NCBI GenBank assembly: GCA_963832795.1 | Contig: CAWHVJ010000012.1 | Span: 59,095 to 123,094, forward strand | From: an uncultured bacterium | GTDB taxonomy: Bacteria > Chloroflexota > Dehalococcoidia > Tepidiformales > Tepidiformaceae | Reading direction: 5' to 3' | Length of the DNA: 64,000 nt | Part shown: piece by piece, positions 42,627-52,785 of the stretch | Layout of the letters: each line of letters starts with the position of its first letter | How positions within the stretch are numbered: the stretch's first letter is position 1 | The notes under the pieces: generated by a model | The model's input: the letters and a program-made list of their open reading frames with translations, nothing else | Databases searched by the model: none | Told to the model about the DNA's origin: nothing | Translations under genes and position numbers: made by a program

Positions 42627-44376
42627 CCCTCCGGGCGCCCGCCCGGCCGCCCGGCCTATCCGGAGATGCTCACCCCCGCCGAGCAGCGCGTCCTCGACTT
42701 CGTTCGCGAAGGCATGCAGAACGCGGAGATCGGCGTCCGCCTCGGCATCAGCCCGGACGCCGTGAAGTACCACATCTCCAACATGCTCGGGAAGCTCGGC
42801 CTCTCAAGCCGCCACGAGTTGGCAGAGTGGCAACCACCCCATCCGGGCCGCGTTTCCCGCTGGTGGGCGGCGACGCCGTTTACTGTGGAAATCCGCCGGC
42901 GCGCTGATCGGTGCCGCAGTGCTCGTGTCCGGCGGCCTCTACCTCTTCGCGCCGGCTGCCCAGGGCGAAGACCTCTTCAACGACGGCGTCATCTCCATGG
43001 GCTACGACGGCTCGCTCGCCGACGGCGCCTCCACAGAGCCCGACGTCTCCGGCGACGGCCGCTACGTCGCCTTCACATCCGAGGCCACGAACCTGGTGCC
43101 CGGCGACACCAACGGCGTCGCGGACGTCTTCGTCTTCGACCGTGTCACCCGCAAGACGTTACGGGTGTCGGTCACCTCGGATGGCGAGCAGGCGAACGGC
43201 GCCTCCCGCCATCCGTCGATCTCCGCCGATGGCCGCTACGTGGCATTCGAATCAGATGCGACGAACCTCGGGCCACCGCCGGCGGGGCTGATGTTCGCAG
43301 ATAGGGCGAAATTGGAAGCTGCGTACGGATCGCGTCATCCGGGCGTTCCCGCTGTTTCAGCGGACCAACGGGGTCTGGTGATAGAGCGGATTACCGCCAT
43401 CCCGACACGGGTCTACTTGCGCGACGTTCGGACGGGGACCACGACCGAAGTCTCGGTTTCGTCCAGCGGCGAGGTGGCAAACCTCGAGGCGCACGGTCCC
43501 TGGATCTCCGCGGATGGCCGCTACGTCGCCTATACATCGATGGCCACGAACCTGGTCCCGGGTGACGAAAACCTGGGCGAATTCGGCGGAGGCATCGATT
43601 GGTGGACAAGCGTCGGGCCACTGGCCCCGCTGGGCGGCACCGACGGCTTCCTGTACGACGTCGCGGCGCGGTCGACGAGCCGCATCTCGGTCAGCGCATT
43701 GGGCGCCGAGCTGTTTGGCGATTCGGCGGTTCAGGGGATCTCGGATGACGGGAGTCGGGTCCTCTTCATCTCCGATGCCGCCAACGTCACTCTCGGCCAA
43801 GCTCGGCCGGTGAGGGAACTCCCCAACGACCCGTCGACGCTGCCGGGAGAGTCGCCCGCGACGCAGGTGCCTCTCCCGTTGCCCTATGTCCGCGACAGTC
43901 GACGCGACAGCACCGTGCCGGTTGGGGTCCCTCCGGACATCGTCCAGTATGAGCAGCCTCGCTTGACGGGTGATGGCCTTGGGGTGCTCATGCAAACTAC
44001 GACGGTGCCGGGCGGTGCCCTCTCGGGCCTCGAAACGTTCAAGCTCTATCTGTTTCGCATCGGGAACTCCTCGGTTGAAACCCTGCAAAGTCCGGCGCCT
44101 GCTCAGCCGCCAGGCTGCTCGGGGGATGTGAGCCGCGACGGCTCGGAGATCGCCCTGTGCACCTGGGGCCTCGGCTCGACCGGCCTGGTTCTGCGGGATG
44201 TGGTCCGGGGCAGCGGCGTGACGTTGTTCGGCTATTCCCGTGCAATCACGCGCGACTACACCCGGTGGACAGATCCTTCGATCTCAGCGGACGCCTCGGT
44301 GGTCGCGTTCCTCGTCGGTGGCCCCAGCGTCACCTCCGGCAGCCAGACGTCGGACGTCTACCTTGTCGCCCGCTAG
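42615..44376 (+). CDS. LuxR-type HTH / TM / extracytoplasmic PD40 (TolB-like) beta-propeller one-component regulator; needs a +1 shift at the C-run 42837-42840
   Basis: The HTH (LTPAEQRVLDFVREGMQNAEIGVRLGISPDAVKYHISNMLGKLG) is in frame 0. The TM (RRRRLLWKSAGALIGAAVLVSGGLYLF) and the repeats (SxDGRYVAFxSxATNLVPGD) are in frame +1, which has no start codon before the TM. Confidence 0.5.
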
Positions 44377-44579
44377 CCCCGCGACATTCCATGTCGCCAC
44401 CCGCACCTATCGTCATAACCTGTGGACCGGATGAAGAACGCGTGCAGGTTTCGCCCACGCGACGATAACGCGTTGAGCCACTACCATATCTGTTCTACGT
44501 TCCCTCCCGGATGTCCCGGCGGGCACGTTTGCCCCGCCGCAAACCCGGCCGGGCCATCCCCATTCCGTTGAGGTCCACC

Positions 44580-45179
44580 ATGAAGGTCGTCTTTTTCGAA
44601 GACGTTGAAGGCACTGCGCAGGTCGGCGACGTGAAGGAAGTCAAGAACGGCTTCGCTCGCAACTTCCTCCTGCCCCGCGGGCTCGCCGGCCCCTCCAACA
44701 AGGACAACCTTCAGCGCGCGAACTCGCTCGCCCAGAAGGAAGCTCGCCGCCAGGAAAAGCTCGACAGCGAGGCCCACAAGATCACCGGCAAGATCGAGAG
44801 CTACACGGTCACCCTCGAGGCCCGCGTCGGCGAAACCGGCCGACTCTTCGGCTCCATCACCAACCGTGACATCGCCGAAAAGCTCAACGCCTCCACCGGC
44901 CTCAGCATCGATGCGCACACCATCCTCCTCCCGGAGCCCATTCGCGAGATCGGCCAGCGCACCGTGACCATCAAGTTCACGCGCAACGTCTCCCAGGACA
45001 TCACCGTCGATGTGGTGCCGGACGAGGCGTCCAAGCCGGTCGTGGCCAAGCTCCTCGCCGAGCGCGAGGCGGAAGCCGCTGCGCTCGCGAAGGCCCAGGC
45101 GGAAGCCGCCGCCAACGCTGCTGCCGCCGCCGAAGCCGAAGCGGACGACGAAGCCGCCGAATCCGAAGAAGCCGAATAG
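44580..45179 (+). CDS. rplI: 50S ribosomal protein L9 with an Ala/Glu-rich C-terminal extension
   Basis: MKVVFFEDVEGTAQVGDVKEVKNGFARNFLLPRGLA. Confidence 0.9.
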   Translation: MKVVFFEDVEGTAQVGDVKEVKNGFARNFLLPRGLAGPSNKDNLQRANSLAQKEARRQEKLDSEAHKITGKIESYTVTLEARVGETGRLFGSITNRDIAEKLNASTGLSIDAHTILLPEPIREIGQRTVTIKFTRNVSQDITVDVVPDEASKPVVAKLLAEREAEAAALAKAQAEAAANAAAAAEAEADDEAAESEEAE

Positions 45180-45241
45180 CCGCGAAAGGAGGGCCCGGGA
45201 CCGGATCTACTGCCTGACGCTTTCCGTTCCCTCCTTCGCAC

Positions 45242-46636
45242 ATGACTCTCGCACCCTTCGAACGTCTGCCCCCGCACGACATCGAGGCCGAAGAGGCGGT
45301 GATCGCCGCCTTGATGGTCGATACCGAGGCGATCCTCGCTGTCCATCCCATCCTCAAACCCCACGACTTCTTCCGCGAGAAGAACGGCTGGGTCTATGAA
45401 GCTTGCGTCGGCCTCTGGAACCGCGACGAGGCCATCAACCAGATCACGGTTGCCCACGAGCTCGCTCAGAAGGAGCGCCTCGAAGACGTCGGCGGCCAGA
45501 CCTACCTCGCCGACACCATCCGCAACCTTCCCACGAGCCTCGGCGTCGAGTTCTACGCCCGCATCGTCAAGCGTGATGCCACCTACCGCGGGCTGATCCA
45601 CGCCGCCACCGGCATCATGCAGATGGCTTACGAGGCCCCTGCCGAGGTCGAGCAGGTCTTCTCCCGCGCCGAAGACCTCCTTCAGCGACTCCGCGGCGGC
45701 GAAAACTTCCGCGACTTCGTCCACATCCGCCAGCTGCTCAGCGCCTACCTCGACGAAGACGCCGAGGAGATGGAGCGCCAGCAGCTCTCCGCCATCCGCA
45801 CCGGCTACAACGACCTCGATCTGCTCCTCGGCGGGCTCAAGCGCTCCGACCTCGTCATCATCGGTGCCCGCCCGAGCGTCGGTAAGTCGAGCTTCGCCCT
45901 CGGCATCGCCCGCAACGCCGCCGTCGTCCAACGCGCGAACGTCGCCTTCTTCTCGCTCGAAATGTCCGGCGAACAGCTCGCCGTGCGCCTCCTCTCGGCC
46001 GAATCCGGCGTCGATGGCAGCCGCCTCCGCCTCGGCCAGAACACCGAGCTCGAAGAGCGTCGCATCGTCGCCGCCTCCGGCCGCCTCTCGGAAGCCAACA
46101 TCTGGTTCGACGACTCGCCCATCCTTACCGCCGCCGAGCTCCGCGCTAAGGCTCGCCGCCTCGCCAGCGAAGCCCGCGGCCTCGACCTCATCGTCATCGA
46201 CTACCTCCAGCTCATGCAGGGCGAGGGCAACAACTACGGGCGCGAAAACCGCGTCCAGGAGATCAGCTACATCTCCCGCACCCTCAAGGGCCTCGCGCGC
46301 GAGCTCGATGTCCCCATCGTCGCCCTTGCCCAGCTCTCCCGCGCAATCGAAAACCGCCATCCGCGCACGCCGATGCTCTCCGACCTGCGCGATTCCGGCT
46401 CCATCGAACAGGACGCCGACATCGTCATGTTCCTCAGCCGCGAGGAGATGTACGTCACTCCCGAGCAGTGGGCCGAACAGCACCCGGACCTGCCGGAGAG
46501 CGCCTACCCCCGCGGCGTGGCCCAGGTGAGCGTCGCCAAGCACCGCAATGGCCCGACCGGCAACATCGAGCTCCGCTTCCGCGACCGCCTCGCCAAGTTC
46601 GAGGACTGGGTACTCCGCACGGACGACGACGAGTGA
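45242..46636 (+). CDS. dnaB: replicative DNA helicase DnaB
   Basis: Walker A GARPSVGKSSFAL and RecA-fold blocks; 464 aa. Confidence 0.93.
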   Translation: MTLAPFERLPPHDIEAEEAVIAALMVDTEAILAVHPILKPHDFFREKNGWVYEACVGLWNRDEAINQITVAHELAQKERLEDVGGQTYLADTIRNLPTSLGVEFYARIVKRDATYRGLIHAATGIMQMAYEAPAEVEQVFSRAEDLLQRLRGGENFRDFVHIRQLLSAYLDEDAEEMERQQLSAIRTGYNDLDLLLGGLKRSDLVIIGARPSVGKSSFALGIARNAAVVQRANVAFFSLEMSGEQLAVRLLSAESGVDGSRLRLGQNTELEERRIVAASGRLSEANIWFDDSPILTAAELRAKARRLASEARGLDLIVIDYLQLMQGEGNNYGRENRVQEISYISRTLKGLARELDVPIVALAQLSRAIENRHPRTPMLSDLRDSGSIEQDADIVMFLSREEMYVTPEQWAEQHPDLPESAYPRGVAQVSVAKHRNGPTGNIELRFRDRLAKFEDWVLRTDDDE

Positions 46637-47349
46637 GCGTCGAACGCTTCGGCGGGTTTCCCGCTATCGGCAAGGCAACCGTCGTCCCGAACGCGTTCTT
46701 CGGCCTCATCCTGCCGCTCATGAAATCGCCTGCGGCCTTGCTCGCCTTCATGTGGGTCTCGAAGGTCACGCAGGAAGCGAAAGGCGACGAGCGCTTCGCC
46801 AGCGGTGACCAGCTCTGGGTGCACCACGGCGTCGCGCCCTCGTTCGAACACATCGGAGGCGGCCGCGACGGCCTCGCCGCCGGGCTGAACGAGTGCGTGG
46901 ATCTCGGCGCCCTCCTCTCCGTGACGGTCGCCGGGCACGGCGGCGAAGAGGACCTCTTCTTCGTCAACAACCCCGCCTCGCGGCGCACCATCGCCCGCGC
47001 GCGGGCCGGCGAGATCCGCCTCATCCCCGAGAAGGTGGTCGTCCCCACCGCCCGCCCCGAGGCGCGGCCCAGCATCTTCCGCCTCTACGAAGAGCACATC
47101 GGCACCATCACGCCGATGGTTGGCGACCGTCTCCTCGAAGCCGAGGAACTCTATCCGGCGAGCTGGATCGAAGAGGCATTCCGCGAGGCAGCCGAGCTCA
47201 ACGCTCGCAACTGGCGCTATATCGAACGCATACTTGCTCACTGGGCCGAGGAGGGCCGCGGGAATGAAACGGCTGGACGAGATCCTCTCCAAGAGCAGAA
47301 GCAGCGCTTCCTCGGAGGCAATCTCGGGCACATCGTCCGCTATCGCTGA
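46633..47349 (+). CDS. DnaD-domain (DnaB_2) replication initiation / membrane attachment protein
   Basis: GTGA overlap with dnaB. The C-terminal NARNWRYIERILAHWAEEG block matches the DnaD domain. Confidence 0.6.
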   Translation: MSVERFGGFPAIGKATVVPNAFFGLILPLMKSPAALLAFMWVSKVTQEAKGDERFASGDQLWVHHGVAPSFEHIGGGRDGLAAGLNECVDLGALLSVTVAGHGGEEDLFFVNNPASRRTIARARAGEIRLIPEKVVVPTARPEARPSIFRLYEEHIGTITPMVGDRLLEAEELYPASWIEEAFREAAELNARNWRYIERILAHWAEEGRGNETAGRDPLQEQKQRFLGGNLGHIVRYR

Positions 47350-48196
47350 GGACGCCGTTGCCGCCGAAGGCGACCCCGGCTGCACGCTCTGCGGTGGCGC
47401 CGGCTTCGTCCGCCGCGACCGTCCCGTCGACCATCCGCGCTTTGGCAAGGCGGAGCCCTGTGACTGCGTCCTCGACGAGGCCGCCGATGTGCGCCGCAAC
47501 CGCCTCGAGCGCATCAGCAACCTCGGCTCCCTGACCCGCTTCACCTTCGACACCCTCGTCGCCGCCGGTCGCAGCGGCGAAAGCGACTGGTTCCGTACTG
47601 CCTACGAAACGGCGAAAGGCTATGCCGTGGAGCCGTCAGGCTGGCTCGTCTTCAGCGGCAGTAGCGGCAGCGGCAAGACGCACCTCGCCGCCGCCATCGC
47701 CAACGACCGCATCGCCCGCGGCGAGCCCGTGCTCTTCATGGTCGTCCCCGACCTCCTCGACCACCTCCGCGCCAGCTACGACGCCACCGAGGAAGAGATG
47801 GGCTACGACCAGCTCTTCGACCAGGTGCGCAACGCCCCGCTCCTCATCCTCGACGACATCGATGCCGCGTCCGGTACGCCGTGGGCGCGCGAAAAGCTCT
47901 TCCAGGTGGTCAATCACCGCTACAACGCCACGCTCCCGACGGTCTTTACAGCGTCCCAGCGCCCGCAGCAGCTCGAAGACCGTCTCGCCACCCGCCTCTG
48001 CGACGAAGCCTTCTCGCGCGTCCTCATGCTCGAAGGCTCCGCCGGTGGTGGCTATCAGCAGGTCGGGCGGAATGACGCGCGATCGCCTCGCCGAGATGCA
48101 GTTCCGCGACTTCGACGTGCGCGCCCCAGGGGTCCAGCCGGAAGAGCGCGCCTCGCTCGACAGCGCATTCCGTGCCGCCATGGCGTTCGCCGATGA
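47264..48196 (+). CDS. DnaI/DnaC-like helicase loader (AAA+) with an N-terminal zinc-binding domain
   Basis: CTLCGGAG...CDC zinc finger, Walker A GSSGSGKTHLAAAIAN and Walker B LLILDDI. The 3' tail overlaps the next paralog and is probably out of frame. Confidence 0.65.
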   Translation: MKRLDEILSKSRSSASSEAISGTSSAIAEDAVAAEGDPGCTLCGGAGFVRRDRPVDHPRFGKAEPCDCVLDEAADVRRNRLERISNLGSLTRFTFDTLVAAGRSGESDWFRTAYETAKGYAVEPSGWLVFSGSSGSGKTHLAAAIANDRIARGEPVLFMVVPDLLDHLRASYDATEEEMGYDQLFDQVRNAPLLILDDIDAASGTPWAREKLFQVVNHRYNATLPTVFTASQRPQQLEDRLATRLCDEAFSRVLMLEGSAGGGYQQVGRNDARSPRRDAVPRLRRARPRGPAGRARLARQRIPCRHGVRR

Positions 48197-48686
48197 GCCG
48201 CGTGGGTGGCTCACCCTCCAGGGCGCCAACGGCTGCGGCAAGACGCACCTCGCCGCAGCGATCGCCAACCGCGCCCTCGCCAACGGTTCGAGCGTCTTCT
48301 TCGCCGTCGTCCCCGACCTGCTCGACCACCTCCGCGCCTCATTCGCCCCCGGTAGCGAGGTCGGCTACGACGAGCTGTTCGAGACCGTGCGCAACGTTGA
48401 CCTTCTCGTGCTCGACGACCTCGGCGCCCAGGCAACGACGCAGTGGGCGCAGGAGAAGCTCTACCAGGTCGTGAACTACCGCACCGTCTCGGGGCTGCCC
48501 ACCGTCGTGACCACCGACCAGCCGCTGGAGCAGATCCAGGCTGCACATCCGCGCATCGTTGCCCGCATCGCCGATCCGCACGCGGGTTCGGTCATCGTCA
48601 TCCTCGCGGGCCACTATCGGCTGGGCCACAGTTTGGCCCCCGTAGCCCGGCAGGGTCGCGGCGGCCGCCGCTACGACGCTCGATGA
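48072..48686 (+). CDS. second DnaI/DnaC-like AAA+ paralog lacking the zinc domain
   Basis: GANGCGKTHLAAAIAN and LLVLDDL motifs, in tandem with the preceding gene. Confidence 0.6.
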   Translation: MTRDRLAEMQFRDFDVRAPGVQPEERASLDSAFRAAMAFADEPRGWLTLQGANGCGKTHLAAAIANRALANGSSVFFAVVPDLLDHLRASFAPGSEVGYDELFETVRNVDLLVLDDLGAQATTQWAQEKLYQVVNYRTVSGLPTVVTTDQPLEQIQAAHPRIVARIADPHAGSVIVILAGHYRLGHSLAPVARQGRGGRRYDAR

Positions 48687-49324
48687 ACATCCGTATCGCC
48701 GTCAGCATCCTGGTCATCGGCATCATCGCCGACGCGGCGATGGTGGTCTTTCTGATCGTCTCCGGCGGCGTTGCCGTCAATCCGCCCTCCGAACAACAGG
48801 AGAATCATCCGGCGACCTACGGCCTTGTCGACGCGAATACCGATGCCACGGTGCAGGCGGCGAAAGATCGCCTCACCGCGCTCGCACAGGGAACGACCGT
48901 CGCGACGCCGCCCGCGTCGCGGAGCGCTACGCCGGCGTCGGCCCTGACGCCTGTCGCCGTCGGTCAATCGTTGGAAGTGGATGGCGTCCGCTACACCGTG
49001 AACAGCATCGCCGATCCGGAACCGCCCGGCTTCTTCGAACCAGCGCCCGGCAAGCGCTTCGTCGCCGTTGAGCTGACGATCGAGGCGCTCTCACAGCCCA
49101 CCGTCTACGGCATCTCCTTCATCGACGTCCGTGCCTCGGACGGCAAAGACTACGGCTGGACCAACGGAAACAACGCCCCGAGCCTCACCGGCGGCACCCT
49201 GGAACCAGGCCAGAGCGCCCACGGCTGGGTGACGCTCAACGTGCCCGCAGGCGCCGTCATCTCCGGGGTTGTCGCCGCTCTGCCGACAAAGCCCCCGGTT
49301 CTCATCGCGACCGTCCCGCACTAA
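48683..49324 (+). CDS. DUF4352-like membrane-anchored protein
   Basis: ATGA overlap with the upstream gene, an N-terminal TM, and GKRFVAVELTIE...GWVTLNVP. Confidence 0.55.
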   Translation: MNIRIAVSILVIGIIADAAMVVFLIVSGGVAVNPPSEQQENHPATYGLVDANTDATVQAAKDRLTALAQGTTVATPPASRSATPASALTPVAVGQSLEVDGVRYTVNSIADPEPPGFFEPAPGKRFVAVELTIEALSQPTVYGISFIDVRASDGKDYGWTNGNNAPSLTGGTLEPGQSAHGWVTLNVPAGAVISGVVAALPTKPPVLIATVPH

Positions 49325-49354
49325 AGGCGAAAGCGGTCGCGACCCGTTCGAACC

Positions 49355-49648
49355 CTAGTGAAGCAGCGAATCCCGCACGGTCGATGACTTCAGCGACTCC
49401 GGCACGCTCGCCCGGAACTCGTTGTGGTCGTACGGGCGGTCCATCTTGTACGCGCCCAGATCGCTCTCGGCGACGGTCAGGTCACAGCGCTCGGCGCTGC
49501 ATTCCTTGACCAGCGTGTTCTCGAGCCAGTAGTCGAACTGCTTCGGTGCGTCCACCAGGAACGCGCTGGGCTCGATCTTCTTGACCTTCCCGAGTTCACG
49601 CCCATCGGTCGTGACCACGGTTGCTCCAACTACGATTTCTGCTGCCAT
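49355..49648 (-). CDS. small PRC-barrel-like protein (hypothetical)
   Basis: 97 aa from ATG 49648 (MAAEIVVGATVVTTDGRELGKV...). The longer ORF extension is junk. Confidence 0.4.
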   Translation of the reverse strand: MAAEIVVGATVVTTDGRELGKVKKIEPSAFLVDAPKQFDYWLENTLVKECSAERCDLTVAESDLGAYKMDRPYDHNEFRASVPESLKSSTVRDSLLH

Positions 49649-49737
49649 GTGTGAATCCCCTGTCGTGATTTCGCGCATCTTACTCGTCGCCGAGCGATGG
49701 TGAACCCTAATCGTCTGCCGTCTCCGTCCTCGGACCG

Positions 49738-52257
49738 CTACGGCGCCGCTTCCGTGGCCGGCTCCGGCACGCCTTCCGCTTCCTCTCCCTGCGCCCGCCA
49801 CTTGAGGTAGCCCCAGGTGCCCCACGTTGCGGCGAGATACGCCACGATGATGAGCATCCCACTGATGGACTTGTGGCTCGTTACAAAGTCGACGTATGAC
49901 TGTTCCGCATTGAACAGGATCTGCATGAAGAGCAGCGCGGTCGGCACGAAGAGGGCCAGCCACGCCCAGCGATTCCACTTCCAGATCGTCCAGCCGTCCA
50001 GGAACTCGAGCGGCATGAGGCTGAACAGCAGCCCCTCCAGGCAGACGAAGAACACCGATGTCGCTGTCGCATCGGGAAGGGCCGTCCACAGGCTCGGCGA
50101 GGACGTGTAGAGGTCGTGGAGCGGGATCACCAGCAACCACGCCGCGATGCTAATTCCGAGCGTGATTGCCGCGATCCGGGCTGACGCCTTCCCCCGCTGC
50201 GCCTGCGAGTACCCTTCATGTTCGAACAGAACCGCCGCCGCGATGAATCCGACGACGATTCCCGGGTGCAGACCGCCCAGGCGCGAAATGACCACCGACA
50301 CGATCGCGATCAGGATGCTCGCCGGGAACAGCTTGACGCCCGCGCCGACGCCGAAGCTGCGTCGGTAGAGCCATGCCTTCCCGCCTTCATAGGCAAGCGC
50401 GAGTACTCCCTGGCTAATGACGAGGCTGATGAAGAGCGTAAGCGTGGCCTCGTTGAACCCGAAGCCGGGGTCGAGCAGGCTGTAGATGAGGCCTGTGCCG
50501 ATCAGCAGGCATATCGGTGCCAAAGCCTGGTCGAGCCAGGTACGCCCGGGGATCAGCCTCGCCCATGCCGCGCCAATCGCCTTCAACGAGGATCGCACGC
50601 GCTGAAGTGGCGAACCGAGTAGCGGGGGCACCGGAATGGAGCGCACGCTCCAATCGGCGAGCGTTTCTTCCAGCGCCTCGTTGAATACGGAGGCTCCCGC
50701 GAGGAGCAATATCACGAGCGCGACAGTCGCGAGCAGGTTCGTCGTAACGACGCCTGAGCCGCCCGCGAACACATCGCCGGCCAGGTTGATGTTGTCGAGC
50801 ACAGCCGGCAGTGGTCCCGCCGCCTGCACAACGTTCGCGACCTTCCAGTCCAAGAGAAGTGCCCTGGCGGGGTCAATCGACTGTCCTGTCGGCAACCAGA
50901 CGCGGTACACCGTGTCGCCGGCGGCGGTATGCACCTGCACGAAGAACGCGGTGCCTGGCTTCGGTTGAATCGTAGTCAGGTCGAATGCGGTAGACGGCGG
51001 ATCGCCGGCCTTGTCGGGCGAATCAGCATCCACCGGCGGCGTGAAGTGCACGCCGTCTCCGGCCGTCAACCCTCCGCCGCTCCATGTGAGGTTGAGTCCC
51101 GGCGGCCCGATGACGCCGCCCCCGAAGTCATAGCCGGAGCCGGTCGGCAACACCACCCGGGTGAACCCGCTCGCCGGCGCCGGCGGCCCGATTGGCGTGG
51201 GCGAAGGACTCGGCGCAGTGGTGGCCATTGGGCTCTTCGTCGGCGTTGGCGAAGGTGTCGGCGATGGTGTCGCCGTAGGCGTCTTCGTCGGTGTCGCAAC
51301 CGCTCCGAGCACCACGTCGATGGGTGTTGGGGTCGGCGTTTGCGCTGGTAGTTCAGGCGGGGCCGGCGGTGGGAATGCCGGCGCCTTCGTCGGTGACGCC
51401 TTCGGCGTTGGGGTGGCGGTGGGCGACGGCGTCGGTGTCGGCGCCGGTGGCTGCACGAAGTTCCCGAAGTCCGGGATCGGCGTCGGGGTTGGAATCGGTG
51501 TATTGGTCGGAGTCGCCGTGGGGGTGTTCGTTGGCGTCGGCGTGTTGGTCGGTGTGGGCGTGCTCGTCGGGGTCGCCGTCGCCGTCGCGGTCGCGGTCGG
51601 CGTGTTCGTCGGAGTGTCGGTGGCCGTCGCTGTCGCGGTGTTTGTCGGCGGCGGCGTCGGAGTCGGGGTCGGCGCCGCATGGATGAGGAAGTCCGCATGG
51701 CCGATGTCCTGGCAATCCGAACCATGCCCAATCCGCTCAACCGACGCCGTCGCCGTGCCCACCCCGCTCACCCGGTAACAGCCGTCGTCGTACACGCCGT
51801 TCAGCAGGGGGCCGCTGTGTCCCCAACCGCCGTCCCCTCCCTCGTTGTCGGAGTTGTTGAACGAGTTGCGCCCCGACTTGATACAGACGGCCGTGATGGT
51901 GCCCGTCTCCGTGTGGTACGAGACGAAATGACCGTCTGGGGATGTCACCGTTACCGACGTGGCGGTGTGGCAGTCGTCCGGGGAGCCGTTTCCGGCGCCT
52001 TCCGCGGGCGACACACGCAACAAAGCGATGCCGATGGCACCGCCTACTAATCCCATAGCCAGTAACGACACGAGTGCCGGCCATGCCGGTCGTCGCGCAG
52101 GAGTCACCCGGTTCCCCCTTGGTCGCAGACGCGGAATTGTAAACGGGCACCCCCTTACGGGTGTTAATGAGGAGTATGAAGAGTGTATGAAACGGGTTCG
52201 TGTCCGAGACCGGCTCGGCAGGGACCCTGGCGGCGCGTTCGTTAACGTTCCGCTCAC
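49738..52257 (-). CDS. large PT-rich membrane protein: N-terminal Cys-containing extracytoplasmic domain, long Pro/Thr linkers, C-terminal polytopic domain
   Basis: 839 aa with multiple C-terminal TM helices and TPTPTP tandem repeats at the DNA level. Confidence 0.55.
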   Translation of the reverse strand: MSGTLTNAPPGSLPSRSRTRTRFIHSSYSSLTPVRGCPFTIPRLRPRGNRVTPARRPAWPALVSLLAMGLVGGAIGIALLRVSPAEGAGNGSPDDCHTATSVTVTSPDGHFVSYHTETGTITAVCIKSGRNSFNNSDNEGGDGGWGHSGPLLNGVYDDGCYRVSGVGTATASVERIGHGSDCQDIGHADFLIHAAPTPTPTPPPTNTATATATDTPTNTPTATATATATPTSTPTPTNTPTPTNTPTATPTNTPIPTPTPIPDFGNFVQPPAPTPTPSPTATPTPKASPTKAPAFPPPAPPELPAQTPTPTPIDVVLGAVATPTKTPTATPSPTPSPTPTKSPMATTAPSPSPTPIGPPAPASGFTRVVLPTGSGYDFGGGVIGPPGLNLTWSGGGLTAGDGVHFTPPVDADSPDKAGDPPSTAFDLTTIQPKPGTAFFVQVHTAAGDTVYRVWLPTGQSIDPARALLLDWKVANVVQAAGPLPAVLDNINLAGDVFAGGSGVVTTNLLATVALVILLLAGASVFNEALEETLADWSVRSIPVPPLLGSPLQRVRSSLKAIGAAWARLIPGRTWLDQALAPICLLIGTGLIYSLLDPGFGFNEATLTLFISLVISQGVLALAYEGGKAWLYRRSFGVGAGVKLFPASILIAIVSVVISRLGGLHPGIVVGFIAAAVLFEHEGYSQAQRGKASARIAAITLGISIAAWLLVIPLHDLYTSSPSLWTALPDATATSVFFVCLEGLLFSLMPLEFLDGWTIWKWNRWAWLALFVPTALLFMQILFNAEQSYVDFVTSHKSISGMLIIVAYLAATWGTWGYLKWRAQGEEAEGVPEPATEAAP

Positions 52258-52311
52258 AAACTGTCCCGCGTTCCGAACCCGCCAGGGTTCGGCCAGGAGG
52301 GACGTCGCTCG

Positions 52312-52785
52312 ATGGCATCAGAGGTTCTTGGTCTGACCCAGGCGCAGTGGGAAGCTCTCAGGGCAGGCCCCGCGCACATCTTCGCGCTCGTCGCAGGCGC
52401 CGACTCTCACGCCGACCAGCGCGAGTGGACGGCGTTTTCCGAGGCAGTCGCTGCCGCTGTCCAACATGAGGACGACCTTGTCCGGACCGTCATGGCGGCG
52501 CTCGCCGACGAACTCCAGTCCCTGGTCGTAGTGCAGGGCGGGCACGAAGTCGCCCTCGAGGGCCTTCGCCAGGTGCGAGAGAGCGCTGCCGGGCTGCCGG
52601 GCGCCGGCGAGGTCTACCGCCTGACGCTGTTCGAGCTGGGCATCACCATCGCGGAATCCTCTGGTGGCCAGCTCACCCGCGCATTCGTCAAGGGCGAGGG
52701 CATCGGCTGGGTGCGCGCCTCCGGGACCAGCGCCATGGAACACGAACGCCTCCAGGCCGCCGCGGAGGCGCTGGGACTCGCTTAG
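52312..52785 (+). CDS. hypothetical protein
   Basis: 157-aa ORF with coding-like composition. Confidence 0.35.
   Translation: MASEVLGLTQAQWEALRAGPAHIFALVAGADSHADQREWTAFSEAVAAAVQHEDDLVRTVMAALADELQSLVVVQGGHEVALEGLRQVRESAAGLPGAGEVYRLTLFELGITIAESSGGQLTRAFVKGEGIGWVRASGTSAMEHERLQAAAEALGLA

Noticed and set aside
44801-46543. ORF 44801..46543(-), 580 aa
   Set aside because: Antisense to rplI/dnaB.
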